From contig OX638154.1 in the NCBI GenBank assembly GCA_951804945.1, positions 41,106,001-41,170,000 on the forward strand: a stretch of 64,000 bases of DNA. Direction: 5' to 3'. The first letter of the stretch is position 1. Each line of letters opens with the position of its first letter. The notes under the pieces are model-generated. The model did no database searches, had not been told where the DNA came from, and saw only the letters and a list, made by a program, of their open reading frames with translations. The stretch is from Podarcis cretensis. Lineage: Eukaryota. This document shows positions 39,100-50,998 of the stretch, in pieces. Position numbers and translations under genes: made by a program.

Positions 39100-41236
39100 C
39101 ATACATCTACTTATGTACAATAAATATATGTAGTGTGAAATGTCTCTTCATAGCCATATTTATTTTCCCTGGTGATTTAAAGCACTGCATTTCCTTTCAT
39201 CAGTACGGCATTTGTGTGGGCCTACATGTCAAGAGCTTAATTAATACCACTAGTTATTTTCAAAAGGGGGTGGAGAGAGAACAAAGGAACTACCCAGGGC
39301 AGGCAAACAAATCAACATTTCCCAGCTAGAAAAATCAAAAGGCAGGAAATAATCTAATTACCTTCCTCCATAAAGAGGATAAAATAAGAACATACTTCTG
39401 CTTTCAAGAGGTTTCTCAGAATTAGCACAGAGGTTCTTTTGAATTAGCACAGTGAGTTACTAATGACACTGAAAAACATAGGCCACCATTACCTCTACAG
39501 GTGGAGCAAGACATCTTTATGGAAGGATGCTCAAACATCAACACCTCCTCCAAACATGTCCGGAGAGCATGTTTAGAGCATGTACATGCAGCAGGGCTTC
39601 AGCCTCAGCCCCTCCCTTTGCAGAAAACAACAAGTTCCCACAACTAGTTCTTAAAAGTCTGCAGTTGAGATAAAACAAATACTTATACCTCTCCTCCAAT
39701 TTCCTGCCTCGCCAGGGGAATGAGGAACAATCCAACCCAAAAAGGAGGGGACCAGATATAAATCATCAATAGTAACCTTGTGACAATGTTTGCTGTTCTT
39801 GAGGAGAATGTCCTCAGCCCATAACTCAAACTGAGTAATAACATCAGGATCTGGGAAACTGTAATGTGTATTTAAAACAAACAAACAAGTTTTGATTGTA
39901 GACCTGTGTGTGTGTGTTGCTTATATTGAAACTCAACAAAAATTATATACTAAACAATAAAAACAGCGGGATCTTAAATTCTGAGACACATTAATGCCAT
40001 TATCTTTCAGTCAAGGTTTTTCTTGTGGTAGTGGATGGTAGCCCAGCTGGAAGTGGAAGTGAAAGAAACAGCTCCCATTTTGAGACTAATTGGCTTTGAA
40101 GCACAGAAAATTAGCTTTCTCCCTAATGACAAACACAAGAGCAATTTGTAAAAAAAAGTAAAAGGTGAACTGTTACGAACAGGCCAGAACCAAAAGAGAG
40201 TGTGGTCTAATTATAAGGCCATTTTGTAACCACAAAGTGGCCAAGACTTGCTAGATGGACATTTGGAGAGTCACTTTGGCTATAACTACACTATAAATGT
40301 ATATTGGTTTTATTATGAGTTAACTGCTATGGTTTCCCTAAAAAAAATTCCTGGAAATAGTAGTTTGTGAAAGTGCTGATAGAGCCAAACTAACAGAGCT
40401 ACATCTCTCAGAGTTCCTTGAGGAGAAGAAATAACTATTAAACTAGCTTAAATCTACACCAGACTTATGTCCCTTTCTCCTCCCTCTCATGTTCAAGTTG
40501 CCTATTTGTAAAAGTGTTGCATTACCTAAGGAAATGACATGCAGAACTGGCTCTTCATTCCTTAGGTATTACAGAAACTGAGGCATCTTGTGTCCAGTCT
40601 CTCTGTCACACAATCTGTTTTCATCAGCACTTCTGGATTCTATCACAGCACTAGCACACTCATTATCTCAAAGGCCTCCGGATGTAACTGAACTCCAAAA
40701 GGAATAGCAATCTTGCTAGCAAGTTTCCTGCCATTCTTGTTCCTATTCTTAGATGCTCTCCTAATGCCTCTGCCACAGGTCAGCCATGCTCTGCTACTCG
40801 TATCCTCAACCTCAGTGCACTTTGAACACATCAGGTCACAAATCAGCAAAAGTCAAATGGGGATTTTTCAGGAGGCTTCCTACAGAAAAACCTCAGACCA
40901 CATCCTTGACAACAAATGCGCAGAGGCAGGCAGCCTTCAACTGATTCACCATGTTTCCTGCTCCAAACCACTCCTTCCCAAGCCTTCACAAAACTTCCCA
41001 CTCTACCGGAGGTCAGGGGTGGAGAGCAGAGGGGCCACTGTGTGCTGGGGTCATGCACAGTGTATGTGGCCCTTTTGCCCAACTTATGCCTACAGTCCCT
41101 GTTTGGACAGCACCCCTGAACAGGGCTAGTCACTCTGCTAATTCCTCTTAAGTTTCATGGGAGACATTAAAAGACACATTTCTGCCTAAGCCAAAAGCTA
41201 TGAGGCTTACTGGCTTCACAGGCCCTTTCTGAAGTA

Positions 41237-41461
41237 CAGTGGTACCTCGGGTTACAAACTTAATTCGTTCTGGAGGTCCGTTCTTAACCCGAAACCCTTC
41301 TCAACTTGAGGCGCGCTTTCGCTAATGGGGCTTCTCGCTGCCGCCGTGCCGCCAATGCACGATTTCCGTTTTCATCCTGGGGCAAAGTTCTCAACCTGAG
41401 GTACTACTTCCGGGTTAGCAGAGTTTGTAACCCGAAGTGTTTGTAACCTGAGGTACCACTG
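41237..41461. mobile_element. CAGTGGTACCTC-family MITE
   Basis: TIRs and TA TSD. Confidence 0.9.
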
Positions 41462-42095
41462 TACAGAAAAGTATAGTAAAGTGACAGTTACTCTTTGTCA
41501 CTCTGGACCAATCTTTTTTCACCCTCAATCTTGTGTCTCTAAAGCATGAGCACCCTTCTTGGTTTGGATACTAACAGAATAAGCTCCAATAGCAATAAAT
41601 GAAGCTGAAAATAAGACTCTGAACAAATAAAGTGACTGGGCCATGCAACGTGGTGGTATTACTTCTGGTTCCTTCTGAGTTCTCAAGGCTCATGGCATCT
41701 TTCTATATATACTATGGGGATCCGTATAGTTTCATACATGATCTAATAACATAAGAATGTTGGTTTGCCTGCTTGAGGTTTATAGGCCATCTTTAAAAGT
41801 GAACTCTCCCAAGGCAGTTTACATCATCAAATATCAAAACACAGCACAATACTTAATATGCTGGACTACATAACCTCAATACACAACTTCACATCTTCAC
41901 CTCCCCCACCCCCCACTTTTAAAGACTGCACAACATACTTTTTCTCACTAGACGATGGTAAAATGCTAACAGCCTAGCCCACTAATGATCAACATGTTCC
42001 ACAAGATATGTTGTATCTTATACATGCAGGTCCTTCTCTATCAACATTCACTAAATTCATTAATCCAAACATGAGGAATTAGTATGCAAACCATG

Positions 42096-42551
42096 TGTCA
42101 GGGAACTGCCATCAGTGCCGGAGGGAGAGAGCAAAAGCCAGAGGGATTCCAGAGAGCGTCCAGGGATCGGGAGAAGCATCCCATCTTCTGGGGAAGAGAA
42201 TCAGCGTAGCACCAGTGGAGAAGGGGGGCAGATGGGGGAAGCGGCGAGGCGGTCCCATGACTCCTTGCCTGGGACCAGCGGGGGGAGTAAGGGTCCTCTG
42301 TTGCCCACGCCCTCCTTGCGCAGAAGGCTTTCGCGCAGAGAGGGTAGGCGGAGACTAGGCATCAAAGAGCTTCTTTGCTAGAAGAAGTTTAAGAAACGCC
42401 CACTCACAGATCCTGCCAGCGACTGAGTCAGCCACGGGTGAGTGGCGTCCGGGCAGATAAAGTTTACTTTGGCAGCCCAGCCAGGTGTTTGCACCCAGCC
42501 AGGGAGATAGTTGCCTGCTTGCGCACGAGCAACCCCTTAGAAACCATTACA
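42096..42551 (+). mobile_element. GC-rich solo LTR (456 bp)
   Basis: TGTCA...TTACA ends; 5-bp TSD CCATG; strand inferred from TTTAAGA/GATAAA motifs. Confidence 0.8.
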
Positions 42552-43280
42552 CCATGCTATACACACAGCAGATTCAGATATCTATACAGAGAGCATTTTT
42601 TTACTTCCATGTTTGCCTTTTGCTGGTTGGTTAAAGAATGGGGGGAAGGGGAGAATTGGGACAAATCGGAAAGCAGTTTTCCTGGGTTTCCCAAAGGGTT
42701 TTTTGTATTGTTTGTGGTGTGTGTGTGTCAAAATTCCATGCTCAGGAATGCATTAGAAAATTTCCCATAGAATTCACTGGAAATCGTGGACTCGTTATGT
42801 GAACACTCGCCTAACTAACCATTTCCAGGGAATGCTTTGTGTTTGGTGAGTGAGACCTATGGATATATGTCTGGAATTTTCAGAGTGCCTCACACACATT
42901 CTTTCAGCAAAACCATACAACAAACCAGTCATGTCAGTCAGCATTTCAATCCCTATGTTGTAGATTGGGAGGAGGGGTCCAGTAATTTATTTTAAACTAC
43001 AGTTTACTGTGATGTGGAAGCTGGGCCACTCTTTCTTGCTAAATTATATCAGCTCTCATAACATCTCACATTTGGCTAGAAATGAGGCACTCTAGGTGTG
43101 TACATACACAAATGATCCAGCATCAGAGTGGAATGTAAAGAAAAGCACTGAGTGTCATAAATAACTTCCCGAGCTAAGGGTAGAGAGACAGGACAGGGAA
43201 GAAAAATGACAAATATGAAGATAGATGGTTTGCACTAAAATACAAGGAAGCAGCTGTTCAAGGTTCAGCATTTTCCATTT

Positions 43281-43460
43281 GGGGAAGGGTCATAGCTCAG
43301 TGGTAAAGCAACTGCTTTGCATGCAGAAGGTCACAGGTTCTGTTCCTGGTATCTCCAAGAACAGTCGGGAAAGTCCCCTGCCTGAAACCTTGGAGAACAG
43401 CTGCCGGTCAGTGTAGACAATACTGAGCAAGCTGGAGCAGCAGGTAGTCTTCCTATCTTC
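43281..43460 (+). mobile_element. tRNA-headed squamate SINE (Squam2-like)
   Basis: CATAGCTCAGTGGTAAAGCA...TTTGCATGCAGAAGGTCACAGGTTC tRNA-Ala-like head plus non-tRNA body. Confidence 0.78.
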
Positions 43461-45105
43461 CGACATGTGATGGCCAAGGCCACCACTTTGCCCTTGTCCA
43501 AGTGGAACATCTGCACAGGCAGCTTGAGCACATTCTGGCTTCCTGTTTCTCTGGTTGCTGTAACTTCATCAGGTGCCGTACATTGGTGCAACAGCTGTTT
43601 ACAGGGCTTTGTGCTATTGTTTGCTTTTCTCCCATTAAAAAAAGGTTATGATTTAACTGTTGGTGATGGAAAGAACAAATCACATCTCAGGAAGAAGAAC
43701 TTAGCACTCAGACCATTTCTCATTCAAAATGTGCTCCTAGACAGAAATAGGTATTTGTGGGGGGGAATCATGTACACTGTTCACTTCTGAAGGATGGTGC
43801 ATGTTTTTATTTGCTCATATTATAGAATCGGTGAATCACTATGTACAATTTGACTTTCATGTGGTAAGTGGCCCTCAGATTACTGGAAACGCTGTCATAG
43901 TCTGAGAGTATGCATCTTGAAAGCAGCTTCCCTTTGATGCTGGAAATGGCTGAGTATAAGAATGCCCTGTATAAGTGCTAGGTATTTTTATTAGTAAATG
44001 CAATATACACTCTTAAGGTAGCATGTAGACTAGCTGTATGGGAGGCTGCTTAAGTATGGTGCCTTGATATATCCCCATCTGTAATGTCATATCATCACCT
44101 AGAAAGCTCCATGTCAGTAGTGGATGGCTCCAGGGACCTATATGATGCTAGCCTCTGGAAGAGCACCCAAAGGAACCTCTCCAAGAAATTAGAAGAATCC
44201 AACCTGCACCAGATTTTTCCTCATGTGTTCACTACAGCAAACCTCAGATTGGAAGATGCAGGATTTGTAAACATGCAGTGGACAGAAATGCAACATGGAG
44301 TTGCAGCCCATTGTGACTACCTAGGAGAGAGAGGGGAGGTACCGGTAGGTGTGTCCACCATGGACACTCTACAATGGTCACCATCATAAAGACTGAGCTG
44401 AATTCAGTAAAAACAATTGCTGGGTAAGTGTGAACCAGCTTGAAAGTCTGCAGTTAAAGGATTCTCCAGAATCTCTGTGTAAGATTGGATTGGGGGGGGG
44501 GGAGCATAAAAACCTATGCAGCCACAGTTGCTGACCTAACCTTGGTCTCACCACAACCAAACTGTGGGTTTGCAACACTTCACCAAGTTTAATCCCACCC
44601 TCTACTAACATGTTACCATAAATGGTGGTGACATTTCACAAAGAGGTGAAGGGTAGCTAAGACACTGAGGTTGCCTGGAAGTACAGGAATTTAAGAGGAA
44701 GCAGGCTCACATGGCAACAGTTGGGCAATAGTTTGATAATGTTAAGAATGGACTTCTTGGTGCATCCAATAACAGGCAGATAAAGGGCTTTCACATCTGC
44801 AAGATAGATAAGATATCATCTTGAGCGACACAAACAAAAATCAGACTTCAACATCTTTTTCAACACCACAAAACAACTTCAACACAAGTATATGATAAAT
44901 TAAGCTGATGTCACCATCAGGCTTGATAAGATCAGGGGGGGGGGGAGAAGGGGGGGAGATCTATCAGGAAGGGCTTAGCAGCATAAAAAGCATCCATGGG
45001 AATTTCCTTTTATAAGATTATATGTTCAGAAGGTGACAGGCTGATGTGGGCATAGGTAAAAAGCAGCAGAAATATTCAGCAGCACAGATGGGCAGGCAGT
45101 AAGTA

Positions 45106-45315
45106 CAGTGGTACCTCAGGTTACAGACTCCACTAACCTGGAAGTAGTACCTCAGGTTAAGAACTTTACCTCAGGATGAGAACAGAAATGGCACGCCGGT
45201 GGCGTGGTGGCAGTGGGAGGCCCCATTAGCTAATGTGGTACCTCAGGTTAAGAACCGTTTCAGGTTAAGAACAGACCTCCGGAACGAATTAAGTTCGTAA
45301 CCAGAGGTACCACTG
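45106..45315. mobile_element. CAGTGGTACCTC-family MITE
   Basis: TIRs and TA TSD. Confidence 0.9.
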
Positions 45316-45956
45316 TACTGCAAAAGTAGCTTTGCCAACACCCAACTAATATTTTCAGAGCTCACAGCAGAGTCTGTACAAACTTGATCCTACCATGTAT
45401 CAACTCACAGCATCCCCCATCTCTCTCTCTCACACACAGCTCTTTGGTAAAGGCAAGTGGGTTCTACCACACACAAATGTCTTCACCTGCTCCAGCTAAT
45501 CCTCCTATTTATGTCACACGAGATTTTAAATCACTGGCTCATAAACCAGTAATAGCTTGCAGATCACGTTCAGGGAAAGAGACCTAATGTTTGACTACAA
45601 GATTGTCAGTTGGAAGCAGAACTCAGCCTTCCAACTTGGGTCAAAGCAGGATTGATGGAGCTGAACACCTCTCCCATAATGCTCAGAAAAGTGAAGTCTG
45701 ACTCTTGTTGCTTTTTGGTTGAATTTTAAGTGGGACCCCTCTCCCACATATGCTATCTGCTTTCCACACGGTTATCTGCTGAACTGATATAGTACTGGAC
45801 AGCGGGAAAGTGTGTTATCATAGTGATTTGGGGCTGTAGCCTCTCTGGTTGAAACCTTATCTCAACCACAAACAACCCACGGTGTGCCAGGTTCAGTAGC
45901 ACTATTGTGTGTTATGTGGGATCCCACTACTTTCGGATATCTGTGGAGCATTTAGG

Positions 45957-46315
45957 TAAAGGTAAAGGTACCCCTGCCCGTACGGGCCAGTCTTGACAGA
46001 CTCTGGGGTTGTGCGCCCATCTCACTTAAGAGGCCAGGGGCCAGCGCTGTCCGCAGACACTTCCGGGTCACGTGGCCAGCGTGACATCGCTGCTCTGGCG
46101 AGCCAGAGCCGCACACGGAAACGCCGTTTACCTTCCCGCTGGTAAGCGGTCCCTATTTATCTACTTGCACCCGGAGGTGCTTTGGAACTGCTAGGTTGGC
46201 AGGCGCTGGGACCGAGCAGCGGGAGCGCACCCCGCCACAGGGATTCGAACCGCCAACCTTTCGATCGGCAAGCCCTAGGCGCTGAGGCTTTAACCCACAG
46301 CGCCACCTGCGTCCC
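45957..46315 (-). mobile_element. Sauria SINE, CpG-rich variant
   Basis: GGGACGCAGGTGGCGCTGTGG head; perfect 15-bp TSD TGTGGAGCATTTAGG. Confidence 0.92.
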
Positions 46316-47267
46316 TGTGGAGCATTTAGGAGAAGCTTAATTTTTTTATTAAGTATTATTATTAGCAGCAAGAGGCTGGTTGCCAGACCAGTGTGGCTAT
46401 TGTGGTGAATATTGCCAAATGCATACAGAGCAAGATTTCAGCACAGCCCACCACTCACCGGCCAATGTTTACTGAAAGTAAATGCTGTTGGGAAATTTGT
46501 AAGGCTGATAGATTCATAGTCAGGGAATCATGGTTCCATTATCAGCTCTGCTGCTTATCTGTCTTGTATAAGTCATTTCTCATTTATCTTACTTCCATAG
46601 CTTTGGGTTTCTTGTCTATTTTGTGCAGAGCATAGAAGCACTCACACCCACCGCAGCCGCAGTTTTCTTTCAAGGACAGCTAACAATGTCAAGGAGTGCA
46701 ACCTAGATATTCATACCCATGTCTTGGAACATACTATTCACTGGTTATTTGAGGGGCACAGTAACAGTTCCATGGGTATGTTTTTCTTTACTTTAGGTAT
46801 CTGTGATTACATAATTGCCAACGAAATACATTTTAGCTACAGTTTTTCCTTAAAATAGGTCTGTCTGTCTCATCAGTGATAATTTCCAATTCCCTTTCCT
46901 TATACAAGCCTCCAATGGTCTATTTAAGTTTTGCATTTGTGTTCCACCTTTCCTTCAGTGTGTTCAGGGTAGTTTTGTAAGGGTTTCTTTCTTATATTTG
47001 CAATCATCTGCAACTCTGTGTCCAGGTTAGGTAGAGAGATGCATTTACCAGGACCACCTAGCAAGCTGGAATGCTGCATGAGATAAGAACCAAGGTCCAA
47101 CACTGCATCCTAGGTCAGTTCTGCCTTCTTTCAATAGGTCAATTTACCTGCAAACTCCCCATGAACAAGCAGAGGGCAATGAACATGCTAATTCCCCCCT
47201 CCCTCCAAACAGTTCATTTTTGGCTTGCAGCAATGAATAATTTGCAGTTACATTGAAATCTGCATTA

Positions 47268-47490
47268 CAGTGGTACCTTGGGTTACATACGCTTCAGGTT
47301 ACATACGCTTCAGGTTACACACTTCACTAACCCAGAAATAGTACTTCAGGATAAGAACAGAAATTGGGCTCCGACGGAGCAGCAGCAGCAGGAGGCCCCA
47401 TTAGCTAAAGTGGTGCTTTAGGTTAAGAACAGTTTCAGCTTAAGTACGGACCTCCGGAACGATTTAAGTACTTAACCCGAGGTACCACTG
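47268..47490. mobile_element. CAGTGGTACCTC-family MITE
   Basis: TIRs and TA TSD. Confidence 0.9.
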
Positions 47491-48839
47491 TATATGGTTT
47501 TACACTTGCTCTTCAAATCAGGATTGCAAACCAGCTTTAAAACATCGCTTGAGATCTGGGTTTGGAGGGCCATTGCCAGTTTGTATGGAATGGCAACCTA
47601 TGTTTCCCTTAGAATTAAGAAGTACAGTACCTAATTAATCTCAGTTTGGGGAGAAGCCTTAACCATGCACATATGAACTGTGTAGAGCTGGGTGGCCAAT
47701 ATATTGCCCTCCAGATGTTGTTGGACTCCAAATCCAATCATCCCCAGTCAGCATGGCCAATGCTCGAGGGGTGGGGTGGGAATTGTAATCCGGCAACATA
47801 TGGAAGGCATCATGTTGGCTAACCTTGGTTTAGGACCACAGCAATATCCATGGTGTAGCATATGGTAAGTCAGCCTAATACAAATTCTTTAATGTGCACC
47901 TGTTTTCAACTTCATGTAGCTGTGCCCAGAATCAGCACACTCTGTGAGAGGTACATGGTAGCTAAAGTATATTATAGGCTTTGTAAAGGGGCAGAGATGC
48001 ATACACAGTATCGATAAGGGCACAATATTAAGCTCTGGCACTCCTGCATCCACACAGTGAAGCATACACTCCCCAAGGTGCACATGGAACGCAGGGAATT
48101 TGGAGGCCCTCAGCCAAGTAGGGCATCTGCTGTGTATTTATTCAAACAAGTGCAAATGGTCACTCTTCCAGAATGACAGCTGTGGCAGCTATTCAGGCTT
48201 TTCAGCTGGGAACAAAAGGCCCCTCCAGAAGCACAAAGGCAGAAAGTGAGTTGTGCTTAAATAGGAGCCACCTGCCAGGGGCCCCTTGCTCGCCCCCCCT
48301 TCATTTGGGTGGGTGCGTGGGTGGGGGAACCCAGCATCCCTGCATTGAAAACAGCTTGTGTAAACAAGGCGCTGCTTCCGTCCAAGCTGTGCTTCAGTAC
48401 AAAACTCATTAGTCATATTTTTAAAACATACAAAGATCATCCTGTATTGGTTTCTCCCCCCTCCAACCAAAATCTTAAAAGTAAAAGCAAACAAACTACA
48501 CGTCACAATTCCAGAAAGGTTAGCAAGAACATTTTGTGGGAGGCGAGAAAAGAGGACACAATCATTGAAGGAAGATTATGACATCTACTTTCACCCGAAG
48601 GAAAAGGAAGCAGGTGGGTAGGCCTGAAAACTGTACTGTTAAAATGACAAGGTCAAAATGTTTGACTCAAAAGGGTGGCAAAAACAGAGCTCCAAAATTA
48701 TCTCTCCGAACTGGATGAAGGGGTATTAAGAATGTTATTCAGTGTCAGTAAGTGTAAAGCGAGGTAGGCTAAGGGCAAAAATAAAATAGAATCCTAACAT
48801 CACCTGATGTGATGGGGGCTTAGAGATGGGGCTCTAAGC

Positions 48840-49320
48840 TGGCAGTGACTGACCAGGAATGAGATCTTGGGGTCATAGTGGATAGCTCAGTGAAAACACT
48901 GCAGCTGTGAAAAGGCAAATTCTGTGTTGGAGATCGGAAGCAAAACTGCCCCCATCATGATGCCACTAGACAAAACTGTAGTAAGACCACACCCGGTGGA
49001 GAAAGTTTTGCTCCTTCTCTTGTACTACCACAACTCAGGGTAGTCCAGTGGAGCTGAATGGTGAGAGATTCAGGGCAAATAAAAGAAAGCATTTGTTCAC
49101 CCAGTGCATAGTTACAGAGGATAAAGCTGTCACTGGCTGCAAATCGTGATGGCTCTGTACTATTTCCTTGCATCTGAATACTAGTTACTGGGGAACTACA
49201 GCAGGAGAGGACTATAGCACACATGTATGGCTGTGGACTTCCCAGAGGCATCTTGTTGGCCACTGTGGGGAACAAGATACAGGACTAGCCAGGCCTTTGA
49301 TCTAAGCCAGAAGAACTCCT
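48840..49320 (+). mobile_element. CR1-type LINE debris
   Basis: GATCTTGGGGTCATAGTGGATAGCTC...GCAGCTGTGAAAAGGCAAATTC (E.DLGV.VD / A.KKAN motifs) and a 3' end related to 60590-60900. Confidence 0.55.
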
Positions 49321-49644
49321 CCTATCTTTGTAACATGGAAGTGCTACTAGCAACCTCCATTTATGTAGTACTGTATTTCTCTGTGAATTAGTGCAAACAA
49401 GCAGGGGACAACAAAATAAAATGCATGTACACAACTCCATCAGTGCAGGGAAGGGAACTCTCCAAAACAGACAGTTCTCACCACCCTTAAGCACTTCCTA
49501 CTAAGAACTCCTAAATATCAAAAGCCTATTCTGAATTGAGCCAAAGCAAATTCACCCATTACTACCTATTACATTTTCATGTCTGAGTCTTCAAACAGGA
49601 TTGCCTAAAATGTTTTCAAGCTGTTTGGGCACAATTATTGTTGT

Positions 49645-50160
49645 TCTTATTTATTAGATGTCTATGCTGCCCTTCATCCGAAGATCACAGGGTAGCTTGC
49701 AATATAAAAACACAAAAATTCATACCATAACAAACCAAAACAATACCCCCCCCTCCCAGTTTAAAAGTCCATGGATTGTTTAATTAGACAAAGACCTGAG
49801 AGAAGAGGAATGTTTATGCCTGGCACCAAAAGATTTATAAAGAAGGTAGCAGGCAAGCCTTCCTGGGGAGAGCACTGCACATGCAGGGAGCCACTGCAGA
49901 AAAGGCTCACTCTCATATTGCTGTTTAAGGCTTTATGGGTCAAAACCAGCACTTTGAATTGGGCCCAGAAACTAATTGGCAGCCAGTGTAATTGGGCTCA
50001 AACTGTCTTGCCCTGGTGAGCAACCTGGCTGCCAAATTCTGCACCTGAAGTTTCCATACCATCCTCAGAGGCGGCCCCATATATAATGCATTGCAGTAAT
50101 CTAATCTAGAGGTTACCAGAGCATAGATGACAAAAGTTAGACTATCCTTATCCAGCTGAT
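49645..50160 (-). mobile_element. L2 LINE 3' fragment
   Basis: ALVTSRLDYCNALYMGPPLRMVWKLQ-VQNLAARLL and the L2 3' end. Confidence 0.8.
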
Positions 50161-50998
50161 GGAAGGGACAATAATCAAGCACTTGCACTTTTGAAAGTTA
50201 AAGAGAGATTCTCAAGTTTCTGACAAGGGCTCTACCAGATTACATGATGTTTTTATAGACAGGTTTATAGTTATAGACATATGTTTATTTATATAGATCT
50301 TTATAGGTTTATTTATAGATTTCCCAGCACCACAAAGCACACAAAAGTAACATTTTACAATGCATAAAATTCCCACTTTTCCCGTAGAGACAAGAGTGTG
50401 GATTATGGTACATTGTTGCCATTTCACATTAGGTAGGGTAGAAGGAGAGGATTAGCTTTCAACCGTTTGTTCATTCAGAAATGGATTTGTTGGGAATCAT
50501 TCCAGTTTAGAGAATCCTCCTAGTTACATCTCCTCAAAAGGCTAAACAATGCCTAGTTCAATGCATCAGATTATTATTATTTTTTTTTAATGATATTTAT
50601 TAAGTTTTACAAAAGGTAAAAAGACAACAAACAACAAACATCAAAAATACAAACATCAAAAATCATAAAGAGAAAAAAAAGAAGACATAAAAAAAGATAC
50701 AACCTGGTAATAAAAAATTAAAAAGAAAACTCTGGTTCATTTTAATAGTCTTCAAAACCTTATTTTCCTTACCTCCTCCCACCTTCCCTTCTTGTATTCC
50801 ACTTTAAAAGTTTTTTCAGCAAGCTCATTCATATTCATTTTCATCCTTTATCTTTCCCTTTGTACTCTTACTTATCTTAATCGCTAGAACCCCATCATTT
50901 CATTTACACTGCCCTTAGCACTCATAGATTTTACAATAATTTTGTAGATAAACTTTAAACTTCTTCCAATCTTCTTCCACCAACTCTTCTCCTTGATC

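Noticed and set aside
43281-43355. tRNA-Ala gene
   Set aside because: Degenerate B box and acceptor stem; continues into a SINE body shared with 2352-2543
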